A DNA stretch of 64,000 bases, taken from positions 193,496 through 257,495 of the forward strand of contig MWCQ01000002.1 of assembly GCA_002070105.1 (NCBI GenBank), written 5' to 3'. The notes beneath the pieces were generated by a model that worked only from the letters and a program-made list of their open reading frames with translations, ran no database searches and was not told where the DNA came from. Of the stretch, positions 8,866 to 18,208 are shown in pieces. A program made the position numbers and the translations under genes. Each line of letters begins with the position of its first letter. The stretch's first letter is position 1. Origin of the DNA: Firmicutes bacterium ADurb.Bin193. GTDB taxonomy: Bacteria; Bacillota; Clostridia; Monoglobales; Firm-18.

Positions 8866-10463
8866 AGTCCGAGTTCCCTCCTGTCAACAATCTTCAGCTT
8901 GTTTTTAGCTTTGGCAAGGCTTACAGCGCCATGGAGTGCGTCCGGACCGTCGTCGTGCGCGCCCATCGGGAACTGCGCAAGCTGTTCAAGTAAAACTTTA
9001 TGCCGCTTGTTAAACTTGATGTATTTGTTTTTTATGTCAGGCTGCAGGGTCTCGATACGCATTATCTTATCCGTACTGGACTGTATTTCTTTAATCGGCA
9101 GATATACGCCCTGCTTAGCACTTTCCTTTGCAAGCTGTTCCTTTAAGAACCACTGAAACTGGTTTGTTTCTGCGCCTATGGTCTTGTACCCCCGACCGAA
9201 GGTCTTTTTCAGCCATATCTGCTTGTTTATCACATCGGATATAATACGGTCGGGATGGCGGCGGTCAATATCCGCATCCAAAACATATATATACCCCGAT
9301 TTTGTGTTCTTTGCAACGGTAATAATCGCCGAATAGTCGCTCTTTTTCGTTTTTCCCAGTGACGGGTCGATAAAGCCATAAAAAAGAAATACCCTGTCGT
9401 TAAAGTCAATCTCCGTCTCGTTGTAATAGTCAAACCACTCTTCCTGGAATATGCAGTCATCCGGGTTAATCGGTTCATTCTGAAGCTCAGAATTAAAAGA
9501 AGCGTCGCCCTCCGACACCTTTGTAACCATCAGCTTATAATAGGAGTTCTTTTCCTCCCACAAAACCTGTGTCCCCTCAAGCATAATATCCTTATTCTGC
9601 TCAAAATAAAAAAGAGCGACCTGCTCTCTGCTGTCATTGTCAAGGTCGGTATATATCTTTTCCCATGTATCCCAATAGCTTTGATTTTTCGCGAAGGAAA
9701 GCACCGCCTTGTATTTTATGCTTTTGTAGGAGGGATTTTTAAGCACCTTGGCAAGCAGGCTGTCGTAATGCAATAGCGTTCCGATGTATATAATGTCCGT
9801 ATAATCGTCGCCGGCTTTCGACACCGCCTTGTAAAACCAGTTCTCCAGCTTTTTTCGCTGCTCCGGTGTGCGGACATTTTCGTCGTTCTCCACATCGTCA
9901 AGAACAATCAGGTCGGGTCTCCAGTTTTTATGCTTCCTGCCGCGGATTTTCTTATCGCTGCCGATTGCCTCAACCTTAACGCCGGTCTTGGTGACAATCA
10001 CATTGTTGCGCCATACCGCTCCCGTAAGGTCGCCAAAATCCTCCCTGAGTTTTTCGTTTTCCTCAAGCTCCGTCTTGATACTGTCCAAAAAGCCCTCTGC
10101 CTGATCCGAGCTGTCGGAAAGAATTATAACATAGTGCTTATATCCGTAACAAATACTGTGAAGCGTATCCTTAAAGGTAAGATTCGTGCTTTTGGCATGT
10201 CCGCGGGGAGTCGCGATAACATGGTGCGTACCCTCAAGGCGGTTTATCCTGGAGGCGTCCTCTTTTTTTAGCGGGTTTATCCCCTTTAGCACGCCTGTTT
10301 CCCAAATGCTGTCCAACTCCTTGTGAAACGGCGGCGAGGGACGGGTAAAATAATGCGAAAGATATTCCCGCCCAAAGTATTCAAGGTCGGCGGCGGCGCG
10401 TTTTTTCCTTGAGGATACGGTAACAGTATTATTTTTAGCAAGCTCCTGTAAAAACCCGGCCAA
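8862..10463 (-). CDS. Terminase large subunit
   Basis: 533 aa. ATPase region (HVIATPRGHAKST; LIVLDDVEND) followed by a nuclease-like C-terminus. TTG start. Confidence 0.9.
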   Translation of the reverse strand: MAGFLQELAKNNTVTVSSRKKRAAADLEYFGREYLSHYFTRPSPPFHKELDSIWETGVLKGINPLKKEDASRINRLEGTHHVIATPRGHAKSTNLTFKDTLHSICYGYKHYVIILSDSSDQAEGFLDSIKTELEENEKLREDFGDLTGAVWRNNVIVTKTGVKVEAIGSDKKIRGRKHKNWRPDLIVLDDVENDENVRTPEQRKKLENWFYKAVSKAGDDYTDIIYIGTLLHYDSLLAKVLKNPSYKSIKYKAVLSFAKNQSYWDTWEKIYTDLDNDSREQVALFYFEQNKDIMLEGTQVLWEEKNSYYKLMVTKVSEGDASFNSELQNEPINPDDCIFQEEWFDYYNETEIDFNDRVFLFYGFIDPSLGKTKKSDYSAIITVAKNTKSGYIYVLDADIDRRHPDRIISDVINKQIWLKKTFGRGYKTIGAETNQFQWFLKEQLAKESAKQGVYLPIKEIQSSTDKIMRIETLQPDIKNKYIKFNKRHKVLLEQLAQFPMGAHDDGPDALHGAVSLAKAKNKLKIVDRRELGL

Positions 10464-10496
10464 AACCTTCCCTCCCCCTATCGGCGTTCATTTTCC

Positions 10497-10940
10497 CTAT
10501 TCAATGATTTGCCAATCATCCGCAAGCATATCAGTCTGGGATGCCAGCCACGGTACAAATTCATTGTTTGCTGTTTTCATACCTATCCATGGCAATTTTT
10601 TGTACTGTGCACTATCCCTGATTTCAGGCATTATAATTGTGTCACATTTAAAATCACATAATACCAACCACATGCCTTTACCGTTCCAACCGAGCCGGCA
10701 TACTCTTTTGCCTTGTTTTAACGCTTCCAATGCTAAGCCGAAAGTAAGCCCATCAATTGCACGGTAAGCATTTTCAAATACATCCTTTGGCGACCATGAA
10801 ACATAACCGTCCGGATATACTACTTTATAACCCAATGCTGATATTTCAGAATCATAGAGTTGATTTTTTACCGTTTCAAAGAATGTCCTCTGATTCATCG
10901 GTTCTGCTTCAACAATTTTTACACCCAAGTACTTTTTCAT
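10497..10940 (-). CDS. DUF2829-domain protein (Tad2-like candidate)
   Basis: The C-terminal half reads FGLALEALKQGKRVCRLGWNGKGMWL...PWLASQTDMLADDWQIIE, which matches the DUF2829 signature as I recall it. Confidence 0.65.
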   Translation of the reverse strand: MKKYLGVKIVEAEPMNQRTFFETVKNQLYDSEISALGYKVVYPDGYVSWSPKDVFENAYRAIDGLTFGLALEALKQGKRVCRLGWNGKGMWLVLCDFKCDTIIMPEIRDSAQYKKLPWIGMKTANNEFVPWLASQTDMLADDWQIIE

Positions 10941-10955
10941 TTAAAAGCCTCCCTC

Positions 10956-11246
10956 TTAAAACCTCTCTGCCAACAAAACCTTTACATCTATTTCGTGCTG
11001 CCGCTTAACCAAAGCGTATGTAATATCCCTGACCCGCTCTTTGTGGTCCCATTGCCTTTGGTATTCCCGCCGCGCGGCCTTTTTAGCGACCTCGCGCTGC
11101 GCCTTAACACTGCCGGGCAGGGTCTTGAAATAATCGGACAATGTCCGACGGCTGACGCCGACCGCTTCGGCTATCCTATTAACCTTTTCACCCTTAGCAT
11201 ACAGCTCCTGCGCCTTTTCCTTCCACATAAAAATTTCCCTTCCCAT
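10956..11246 (-). CDS. Small HTH DNA-binding protein
   Basis: 96 aa with the HTH-like segment VNRIAEAVGVSRRTLSDYFK. Lies between the gp27-like gene and the DUF2829 gene. Confidence 0.5.
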   Translation of the reverse strand: MGREIFMWKEKAQELYAKGEKVNRIAEAVGVSRRTLSDYFKTLPGSVKAQREVAKKAARREYQRQWDHKERVRDITYALVKRQHEIDVKVLLAERF

Positions 11247-11285
11247 TTTTGTCGGATAGCATCAAGGCATGACAAAATATATTGA

Positions 11286-11837
11286 CTATTCGTCAACAGC
11301 CTTGTCGGAAGCATCCTGCGCTATAAGCAGTATTTTTTCCTTCAGCTCCGGATAGCGCTCAAGCTCCTTGTTAATCTGATTCGTAAACTCCTTCAGAGCA
11401 AGCTTCACTTTTTGCGTAGTGTCCACCCTGACCTTTTGCTTGTACGCATCCGTTCTCGACACGGCGACCATAAGCTTAACCGCCTTCTCCGCGGATATGT
11501 CGGCAAATTCCTCCTCCGCCGTGCTGATTTTGTTTATAAGCCCGTTCATCGCTATTTGCAGTCCCGCGTCGGTATAGTCGATATCCGGGTTTTCCTTTAC
11601 AATCGAAACAAGCGCCTTTGCCTGCTCCTGCGCTTCCCGCAGCCGCCGGCTTGCTTCCCCGCTCCGCATAGCGTACCGCTGAAGGCTGCTCCGGCTGATC
11701 TCCTCGCCCCGCTCATTTATGACGGCAACAATCTCGGCGTAGGTATACCTTGTGTCGGCAAGCATATCATCGAGCAGCTTCTTTGTGTCGGCAGGAAGAT
11801 TGTCAATAGAGCTTCTGACCCTTGTATGCTTCGCCAT
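11286..11837 (-). CDS. Mu gp27-like protein (DUF3486; putative small terminase)
   Basis: The N-terminus SSIDNLPADTKKLLDDMLAD..YTYAEIVAVINERGEEISRSSLQRY is typical of the family. Located upstream of TerL. Confidence 0.7.
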   Translation of the reverse strand: MAKHTRVRSSIDNLPADTKKLLDDMLADTRYTYAEIVAVINERGEEISRSSLQRYAMRSGEASRRLREAQEQAKALVSIVKENPDIDYTDAGLQIAMNGLINKISTAEEEFADISAEKAVKLMVAVSRTDAYKQKVRVDTTQKVKLALKEFTNQINKELERYPELKEKILLIAQDASDKAVDE

Positions 11838-12118
11838 CAGACCTCAACCCCGTCGTCCTCAATCGTGCCCTCCGCAAGGTCAACGCCGAGGGCGCGCAGA
11901 GTAATAAGATTATTATAGGCGTAATCCTCGCCCTCTATCGTTATGTACTGCTTATCCGCCAAATACGCAAGCAGCCGCGATATATCCGCTATTATAACGC
12001 CGCTCGAAACGAGGCTGTTTTCCAGCTGCCGAATTGTTTTAGGCTCGGGATAGGCATTTATAAGCTCCCTTATAATCTGCCCCCTGTACATTCTGTTCTT
12101 AATCGCCTTTGAGTTCAT
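11837..12118 (-). CDS. Hypothetical phage protein (winged-helix-like)
   Basis: 93-aa ORF overlapping both neighbours, implying operon coupling. Confidence 0.5.
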   Translation of the reverse strand: MNSKAIKNRMYRGQIIRELINAYPEPKTIRQLENSLVSSGVIIADISRLLAYLADKQYITIEGEDYAYNNLITLRALGVDLAEGTIEDDGVEV

Positions 12119-12399
12119 TTTACCATCCCCTTTTCAATCAGCTTGTCCATTATTCTGTCCAGCTTGGCGTCAATGGTGCCAAACTGATAATTTATGTTTT
12201 TGCGGTCATTTTGGTAATCGTCCTTCAACACATATTTTTCCGGCATCCTATGCACCTCTTCCTCAAGCTTGCAAGTCCGGGCTTCATTTTTCGCGATGTC
12301 CTCGGTAATGGTTTTCTTGATATCCTTCAGAAAATACGCGATAGCCCCTATCGCAATTGTAGTAACGACCTGTGCCACCCAAAAAATATAATTGTTCAC
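12115..12399 (-). CDS. Membrane-anchored coiled-coil phage protein (Mu gp25-like position)
   Basis: 94 aa. N-terminal TM helix (IFWVAQVVTTIAIGAIAYFL) followed by a charged helix. Confidence 0.5.
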   Translation of the reverse strand: MNNYIFWVAQVVTTIAIGAIAYFLKDIKKTITEDIAKNEARTCKLEEEVHRMPEKYVLKDDYQNDRKNINYQFGTIDAKLDRIMDKLIEKGMVK

Positions 12400-12496
12400 G
12401 GCGTCCTCCCGTCAAATAAAAAATGCATGCAGTTTTATCCTACATACATTTTAGCACAGCATATTTGAATTTGTACGGTGAAGCGGTTCACCGATC

Positions 12497-12811
12497 TTAT
12501 AGATAATTGTCGATTCCGAGTTGGTTTTCATCCTCCGCTTCCCCGACAAGCTCCCTAATCCACCTGTCGGTAACATTATACTTAATAGCGAGCTCTTTAA
12601 GATTGTATCCGTTAAACTCCTTTTTAATGCGTTCGTTCCGTTTGGTGCGGAGCACCTCGTCCAGCTTCGGGAAGTATAGATGCGTCCCCTGATACAGCTG
12701 CGCAAGCCGCAGGGCCGTCTCCATATTAACCGCTCTCGCTATATCGCTGTAAGGAGGCGGCAGCTCCTGAGGTGTTACCTCCGCCAAGATTGCATCCATG
12801 TTATATTCCAT
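12497..12811 (-). CDS. mor: Mor-family transcription activator
   Basis: YFPKLDEVLRTKRNERIKKEFNGYNLKELAIKYNVTDRWIRELV matches the Mor/C family C-terminal HTH pattern. Confidence 0.8.
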   Translation of the reverse strand: MEYNMDAILAEVTPQELPPPYSDIARAVNMETALRLAQLYQGTHLYFPKLDEVLRTKRNERIKKEFNGYNLKELAIKYNVTDRWIRELVGEAEDENQLGIDNYL

Positions 12812-12925
12812 AATATCACCATTCCCCCTCCCTTGTCAATTTTTTTGTAAGGCAGTCTGTTTCTCAAAACCTTATTTGCCTGTTTGATTATATTATGTTT
12901 TCTCAGAAAAACTACTTCAGCATTG

Positions 12926-13198
12926 TTACCTCCAATCCAGTCTTTGCCCGCACCTCGGGCAGTAATCGTGAACAAGTCGTTTTAAGCCCGCACACCCGCA
13001 ATCGGAGCAGGAGCCGTATCTATCTCCGCCAAGACATTTGTAAAGCAATTTAGGTTTTTTAGGATCTTGTTTTTTAAGGGCCAGTATAGCCATATAATAT
13101 GATTGCTTTCTCTCAAGCCACGCCGCCATCGTATTTCCGTGGCAAAGGTCAATAATTTCCTGTAATGTTTCGATGGCCTTTTCAATACTGCTCATCAT
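12926..13198 (-). CDS. Hypothetical Zn-ribbon protein
   Basis: The likely start, ATG 13198, forms an ATGA overlap with the upstream stop. C-terminal cysteine cluster CSDCGC...CPRCG. Confidence 0.5.
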   Translation of the reverse strand: MMSSIEKAIETLQEIIDLCHGNTMAAWLERKQSYYMAILALKKQDPKKPKLLYKCLGGDRYGSCSDCGCAGLKRLVHDYCPRCGQRLDWR

Positions 13199-13566
13199 CT
13201 TATACCTCCGTGCTTTTTCTCTTGCACAGGAGCCTCCGGCAGCGGCATCCAATGGCTTACCGTCCCGCCAAGCGCCGCCGCCATGCCCCAACTTTTACTT
13301 GCGGTATCATATTTCTGTATAACCGCCCCTGCGCCGTATTCTTCCGATACATACCATGTAAGATAATTTCCGCTGCATTCGGGAAGCCTCTCATCCGCTC
13401 CCGACCAGCCGCTCCGGACAGTCTCCGCACAATCAACCAGTGCCTGAAGCGCCTCGGTTGTCTCGCGGATGAACTCTGCCCTGACCGGATTTTGTATCTC
13501 GTCCTGGCGGGATGAATTCAGCATAATGCGCTCCTTTGCCACTTTTACTGCCTGATACAGCGTCAT
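13195..13566 (-). CDS. DUF551-like phage protein
   Basis: The C-terminus SHWMPLPEAP is typical of the DUF551 domain. Confidence 0.55.
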   Translation of the reverse strand: MTLYQAVKVAKERIMLNSSRQDEIQNPVRAEFIRETTEALQALVDCAETVRSGWSGADERLPECSGNYLTWYVSEEYGAGAVIQKYDTASKSWGMAAALGGTVSHWMPLPEAPVQEKKHGGIR

Positions 13567-13991
13567 TTTTGCGCAGCCTCCGATCTTTCCTCCAGCTTTT
13601 TCAGGCCCTCAATCACATTTCCGGCCTGATATTTAGTAAGCCATTTCACGCTCTCAATTCCGGTGTATTTCTTTACAAAGCCGTTTATGCGTTTGATGTT
13701 TCCATTCCATCCGAGGACATACGACAGGCGCACTATCATATTATATTGTTTTTGCGTTATCATGCCCTTTCGTTCCGGAATCTTTTCCGCCTCGGTGCCG
13801 CTCCGTTGAGTGCCGGACCGCGGAGGTCCTTCCAAAGCGCCCACGACCTTCATCGCCTCCGTACAGCTCAGCTGCTTAATGCTTGTCTTTCCCGTTTCCC
13901 TGAAAACAAGGATATGCAAAAGGTCGTTGTTCATGCCGCATTCACGGGCGCAGGCGTAAATCCTTTTCATAAGCTTCGGAATAATATCCAT
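13563..13991 (-). CDS. GemA / Mu gp16-like regulatory protein
   Basis: N-terminal pattern KRIYACARECGMNNDLLHILVFRETGKTSIKQLSCTEAMKVVGAL resembles the GemA (DUF1018) family. Confidence 0.6.
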   Translation of the reverse strand: MDIIPKLMKRIYACARECGMNNDLLHILVFRETGKTSIKQLSCTEAMKVVGALEGPPRSGTQRSGTEAEKIPERKGMITQKQYNMIVRLSYVLGWNGNIKRINGFVKKYTGIESVKWLTKYQAGNVIEGLKKLEERSEAAQK

Positions 13992-13994
13992 ACC

Positions 13995-14654
13995 CTATCC
14001 CTCGCTTGGCTCAACGGTTATCTTGGGAGTTTCCTCAACAATTATTGCGCCGTCGACAAGGCTGAGCGTTTCGGCAATTTCCTGCTGCGTACAGCCTCCC
14101 TTGCCCTTCATAATCCGCATAAAGCTTTCCCATACTGCCGCTTCATAAGCGAAATATGCGTAATACTGAGCTTCCTTCCGGTCAAGCTTCGCGATGCGCA
14201 TAAGGTTTTCGGTGTCCTTCTTAAAGTTAATGCCTTTTACCTTTTTAAGCAATACCTGGAGAGTATCGTTGTCAAGACCGACCTGCCTCAGTACGCCTTC
14301 TATTGTTTCTTTGGTGTAATTCTTCAAAAACAGCCCGGCAAGCATTCTCTTGGCGGCATCCTTAATGGAGTATGTCGTTTTCTCGGTCACCAGCTCGGCA
14401 TATTCCTTGCCAAAAGCCTTTTTAAGCAATGTGGGATGCTCCATTTTCACGGTTGCCGCCATTGTAGCCGAAACGACATTCCCGTGGTCACCCGTATATG
14501 TAACCGTCTTTATCTTCGTATCCCTCAGGTCCTTTTCCGCCTGCTTGAGAAAAAACGCCTCCAGCTCACCTATCTGCTTGCCAAGGTCCTCGACTCTGCT
14601 CTTCAATGCACATAGCCTGTTTACATTTTCGCGGATTGCATCAGTCAAGGTCAA
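13995..14654 (-). CDS. Early-region protein, possibly Gam-like host-nuclease inhibitor
   Basis: 219 aa with an N-terminal coiled coil followed by a mixed domain, in the position Gam occupies in Mu. The family call is weak. Confidence 0.35.
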   Translation of the reverse strand: MTLTDAIRENVNRLCALKSRVEDLGKQIGELEAFFLKQAEKDLRDTKIKTVTYTGDHGNVVSATMAATVKMEHPTLLKKAFGKEYAELVTEKTTYSIKDAAKRMLAGLFLKNYTKETIEGVLRQVGLDNDTLQVLLKKVKGINFKKDTENLMRIAKLDRKEAQYYAYFAYEAAVWESFMRIMKGKGGCTQQEIAETLSLVDGAIIVEETPKITVEPSEG

Positions 14655-14877
14655 TCAACCCCTTTCTGCATTCGCCGCAGAGCTCAAAGCCCTTAAAGGC
14701 TTTAACGCGCTCGATGCTTCCGCATACAAAGCAGCTTGGCATATGCTTTCTGATCAGAATTCCCCTGTCCGTCTCCTCAAGGTCGACAGCCTGCCCGGGA
14801 AGCAGGCCGAAAGCAGCTCTCAAATCCTTCGGAATGGTTATCCTGCCTTTTGTCAGTTTCTTGTGCTTTTTCAACAT
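14641..14877 (-). CDS. AbrB/SpoVT-type DNA-binding protein with C-terminal Zn-ribbon
   Basis: GRITIPKDLRAAFGLLPGQAVDLEE is a swapped-hairpin AbrB motif. It is followed by CFVCG...CGEC. Confidence 0.65.
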   Translation of the reverse strand: MLKKHKKLTKGRITIPKDLRAAFGLLPGQAVDLEETDRGILIRKHMPSCFVCGSIERVKAFKGFELCGECRKGLIDLD

Positions 14878-14879
14878 TT

Positions 14880-15059
14880 TTATTCCTCCCTGTAAATTTT
14901 ATTTTCGGTTACAGAGTAACCTAAAAGCCAATTTGTATCGTTGAGTACCCTTTCAATGTCCTTTCCCTGCATTCCGCTGGCGGTCTCGGCACATTTAAGG
15001 TTAACCGGAAAGCTTGCGTCTGCAAGGATTTCCAAAAGACGCGCAAAAGTGCTTCTCAC
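14880..15059 (-). CDS. Small hypothetical ORF (59 aa, GTG start)
   Basis: AGGAGG lies 6 nt upstream of the GTG. The stop is embedded in the RBS of the next gene. Absent from the ORF track because it is under 60 aa. Confidence 0.4.
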   Translation of the reverse strand: MRSTFARLLEILADASFPVNLKCAETASGMQGKDIERVLNDTNWLLGYSVTENKIYREE

Positions 15060-15070
15060 AAAAACTCCTC

Positions 15071-15988
15071 CTAAAGCATCATTTTTGTAGCTATTTCCAC
15101 TGCCTCAAGCGTTATCCTGTTGCCCTCCATAACCCGCAGTATGTTCTGAATCGTCCTGTCAAGAATACGAAAACACCCGTAGCTCCTGTTTGTCGCTATT
15201 CTCACAATTTCATTCATAGCCTCGTCGGTTATGTCGTATTTGCATAGATACCTCTCGACATCCTCTCTGTTCAGGCCGTCAAGATGTACCGCCATGTCTA
15301 TGCGGTTGGCAAAGCGCTCCGAAAACTTTTTAAGCTGCGTGTTAAGCTGCGGTTCTCCCGCAATAACAATCCCGACATTGCTCTGGTCGTAAATATTGCG
15401 TATAATTTCGAGCTTCTTTTGCGTATACTTGTTCAGGAGCTTGTCCGCCTCGTCAAAAATCATAAGATACCCCTGATTGTGCCGGCTGCGGAAATAATCC
15501 TTAATCCGGTTTACTCTGTCCCAGTTGCTGGTATCCTTACTCGGCAGCTGCAGCATCTTTTCTATGTATGTAATAATGTCGGTGGTGGTCATAAGCTCGT
15601 CACATTCCATATAGATTACCTTCGGCTTGTCCGCATAATATTTAAGCGCATAAGTCTTTCCATAGCCGCTGCGCCCTAAAATTGCGCCCAGCCCCTGCTC
15701 GTTTTGACAGCTTCGGCAAATACCTATGATACCTTTCACATCATTGGTGATAAAAATTCCCGGTGTTTCCTCGGGCTTATGTATTTCAGTTGTCCCCGCT
15801 GCACCGAAAAAGCCCTCGGATTTCAAGAAATCTTCAATCCTGCGCTCAATGTTTCCTATGTTTCCGCTGTACTTTCCGCTTAAATACTGGCTAATCGTAG
15901 AACGGCTTGTGTCAATCTTCTCCGAAAACCCCTGTATCGTCAGATTTTTTGCCTCCATATATTCGCTTAATACCTGTTTTACATCCAT
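15071..15988 (-). CDS. MuB-like AAA+ transposition ATPase with N-terminal HTH
   Basis: HTH LTIQGFSEKIDTSRSTISQYLSGKY, Walker A GRSGYGKTYA, Walker B LMIFDEADKL. Directly downstream of the transposase. Confidence 0.85.
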   Translation of the reverse strand: MDVKQVLSEYMEAKNLTIQGFSEKIDTSRSTISQYLSGKYSGNIGNIERRIEDFLKSEGFFGAAGTTEIHKPEETPGIFITNDVKGIIGICRSCQNEQGLGAILGRSGYGKTYALKYYADKPKVIYMECDELMTTTDIITYIEKMLQLPSKDTSNWDRVNRIKDYFRSRHNQGYLMIFDEADKLLNKYTQKKLEIIRNIYDQSNVGIVIAGEPQLNTQLKKFSERFANRIDMAVHLDGLNREDVERYLCKYDITDEAMNEIVRIATNRSYGCFRILDRTIQNILRVMEGNRITLEAVEIATKMML

Positions 15989-16001
15989 TTTTACAAACCT
16001 C

Positions 16002-18029
16002 CTATGCTAATTTATTAAAATCATTAATCGCCTGCATTGCCTGTTTTTCGAGATACTCATTTACATTAATCGTTTTTTTCTTTTCACGCCGTTTTCGCTC
16101 CTGTTTGAATTGCTCATCTTTCGGCATAGACACAACCGGAGGTTCTCTCTTCATCGCAGGCAACAAAGGTTCTGCCCTATCCTTGCCCTGAAGCTTCGCG
16201 CCCTGTTCTCGCGCACGCTTAATCTGTCTTTGTTGGTCTATAATATGGCTCTCTAACGCTTTATCGGCAACTCCCGCAAGCGGGTTTAGTCCCTCGTTGG
16301 CTTCAATCTCGCAGACAAATTCTCCGTCGGCGTTATACACAAAAATCATTGCTCTTTCATCATCATTATAACGGACATTAACCTTCTCTCCGATATACCC
16401 GCTAAGGGCCGCACTTTGAAATGTCTTTCCGAAAATATTTATTCCTACATTAAATACCGTCCTGACGGATGCATTTAGCAAGAATGTCCTTGCCAGAGCC
16501 ATCGGAGGCGGCGCCTTAAAATATCTCTCGGCGGCTTTGAAAACCTCAATCGGCACAGGATTTTCTTCCGACTGCTTTTTAAGTCCTTGATGAATAGATA
16601 TGTGATAGTCATTCTCAAGCCAATCCTCAAACAAAGCCGCAACATCATCAATAGTCGGAAGCTCACCACGCTTTAACATACCTTTAATATCTTTTTTTAC
16701 CTTTCCCGAGGTCTTGCTTCCGGTTAGTGTACCCGTGTATGACGGAAACCTCTTTGAAAACCGTGTGCAGACTGTGCCGAAAAACCTCTCGACCTGCGCC
16801 TTGGTCCAACCCTGATAAGGCAAAGCCCTTTTACACACCTCAATCCCAACCGCCTTGTAAAAGCCCTCCGTTTCGCTATCAAGCGAAAACCTTTCCTTTC
16901 GGTTTATACCGGTCAGACACTTTGCTGTAAACTCCTTACCGTTGTCAATATACAAAACCCTCGGCACGCCATAGATGCAGTTATTTGCCTTAGGATACAT
17001 CATAGCCCATGTAAGCCGTTTAACCGTCTGCGCGTTGCATATTTCGCATATGACCCATCCTAAAAGACAGCGAGTTCGGGCATCGATAATTCCGACCAAA
17101 AGCGGTCTGATTGCATCAAGTGTTCCGTTGCTTCTCTTAACACTGCACCAAAAATCAAAATGATGCCCGTCCGCCATAACCAGCTCCATGACCTGCAGTG
17201 CCTTGTTATTCCGATGACGCTTCATCATATTTTTGTTGCGGAAATCTCGAACACCATTCTTAATAAGTGCAAGCGCGTCCTTGTATTCCGAGGAAAGCTC
17301 CTTAACATACCTAAGCACCGTGTTGTAAGAAGGATTCTTCCAGCTGTTTGCGCCGCATATCCTACAAAAATCTTCATACAGCATCATAACGCTCTGATTG
17401 TTTTTAAGGTACAATTCACTGCTTGCGATTTTAGCGATTTCCCTCTGCATATCCTCCGTAAGCGCAGGCTTACCGAAAACCTTCGGCTCGTTGGCACAGG
17501 CAAGTATTTTATAATACTCATAATTCTCACCCGTCTGCGCCAGCATTTCATCAGCCCAAAATGCACCCTCACACCACCGTTTTATGTATCGGTAAAAAGA
17601 CTTGTCGGACTTCCCGATCCGCTCTGCCAATTCCTTAACCAACTCCATACGGTTACAGCTTCCCTTTTCCTCTTGATACCGCTCCACCGCCTTCGCTATT
17701 TCACTTGCCGCAAAAAACTGCTGTTGATACTTTTTAACATAAGCCGAAAAGTCAACCCCCACATACCATGGCGCGTTGTCAAGGTAATCGTCAAAGGCTC
17801 CCTCCGCCCTTAATTCCTCTCGCCGAAGCTTCTGCTGTTCCCGTTTGTATTTTTGCTGTGCCTTAACAGAAAGTGATGCAACAGCAATAAACATTTGCTC
17901 TTTGCCTCCTTTTTCCGCAGGCTCCGTTTTTGTCTCGTATGTGTAAGGATTGCGCTGTAATGTTTTTTTAAAGCTGTCATATTCCTGCCCTTCCAGCCTT
18001 GAGGCCTCTGCCAGACTGACCCACTCCAA
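16002..18029 (-). CDS. Mu-type DDE transposase (MuA-like)
   Basis: 675 aa with an rve-type core (VMADGHHFD ... LYIDNGKEF) and an N-terminal DNA-binding region. TTG start with a GGAGG RBS. Confidence 0.9.
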   Translation of the reverse strand: MEWVSLAEASRLEGQEYDSFKKTLQRNPYTYETKTEPAEKGGKEQMFIAVASLSVKAQQKYKREQQKLRREELRAEGAFDDYLDNAPWYVGVDFSAYVKKYQQQFFAASEIAKAVERYQEEKGSCNRMELVKELAERIGKSDKSFYRYIKRWCEGAFWADEMLAQTGENYEYYKILACANEPKVFGKPALTEDMQREIAKIASSELYLKNNQSVMMLYEDFCRICGANSWKNPSYNTVLRYVKELSSEYKDALALIKNGVRDFRNKNMMKRHRNNKALQVMELVMADGHHFDFWCSVKRSNGTLDAIRPLLVGIIDARTRCLLGWVICEICNAQTVKRLTWAMMYPKANNCIYGVPRVLYIDNGKEFTAKCLTGINRKERFSLDSETEGFYKAVGIEVCKRALPYQGWTKAQVERFFGTVCTRFSKRFPSYTGTLTGSKTSGKVKKDIKGMLKRGELPTIDDVAALFEDWLENDYHISIHQGLKKQSEENPVPIEVFKAAERYFKAPPPMALARTFLLNASVRTVFNVGINIFGKTFQSAALSGYIGEKVNVRYNDDERAMIFVYNADGEFVCEIEANEGLNPLAGVADKALESHIIDQQRQIKRAREQGAKLQGKDRAEPLLPAMKREPPVVSMPKDEQFKQERKRREKKKTINVNEYLEKQAMQAINDFNKLA

Positions 18030-18079
18030 AATACCGCCTCCGTTCCTGTTGACAAATTCAAATATGTTTAATATAATGC

Positions 18080-18208
18080 TTAATAAGGCTTATTTGCCTT
18101 GCCATGCTTTTGCCTGTTGGTTTCCGTTGCATAAAAGTAACCACAGGCGAAAGCTACTATTGTATTTACCGCCAAAACCACCAACAAGTTAATAAGCAAC
18201 TTAGCCAT
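18080..18208 (-). CDS. Possible 42-aa membrane peptide
   Basis: MAKLLINLLVVLAVNTIVAFACGYFYATETNRQKHGKANKPY. The ATG overlaps the stop of the upstream gene. Very short, so speculative. Confidence 0.3.
   Translation of the reverse strand: MAKLLINLLVVLAVNTIVAFACGYFYATETNRQKHGKANKPY

Noticed and set aside
13536-14615. 359-aa plus-strand ORF
   Set aside because: It is antisense to two well-supported, coupled minus-strand phage genes. It has low-complexity composition and no RBS, so it is a shadow ORF. The same reasoning applies to 7804-8766, 47178-47933 and 48907-49554.
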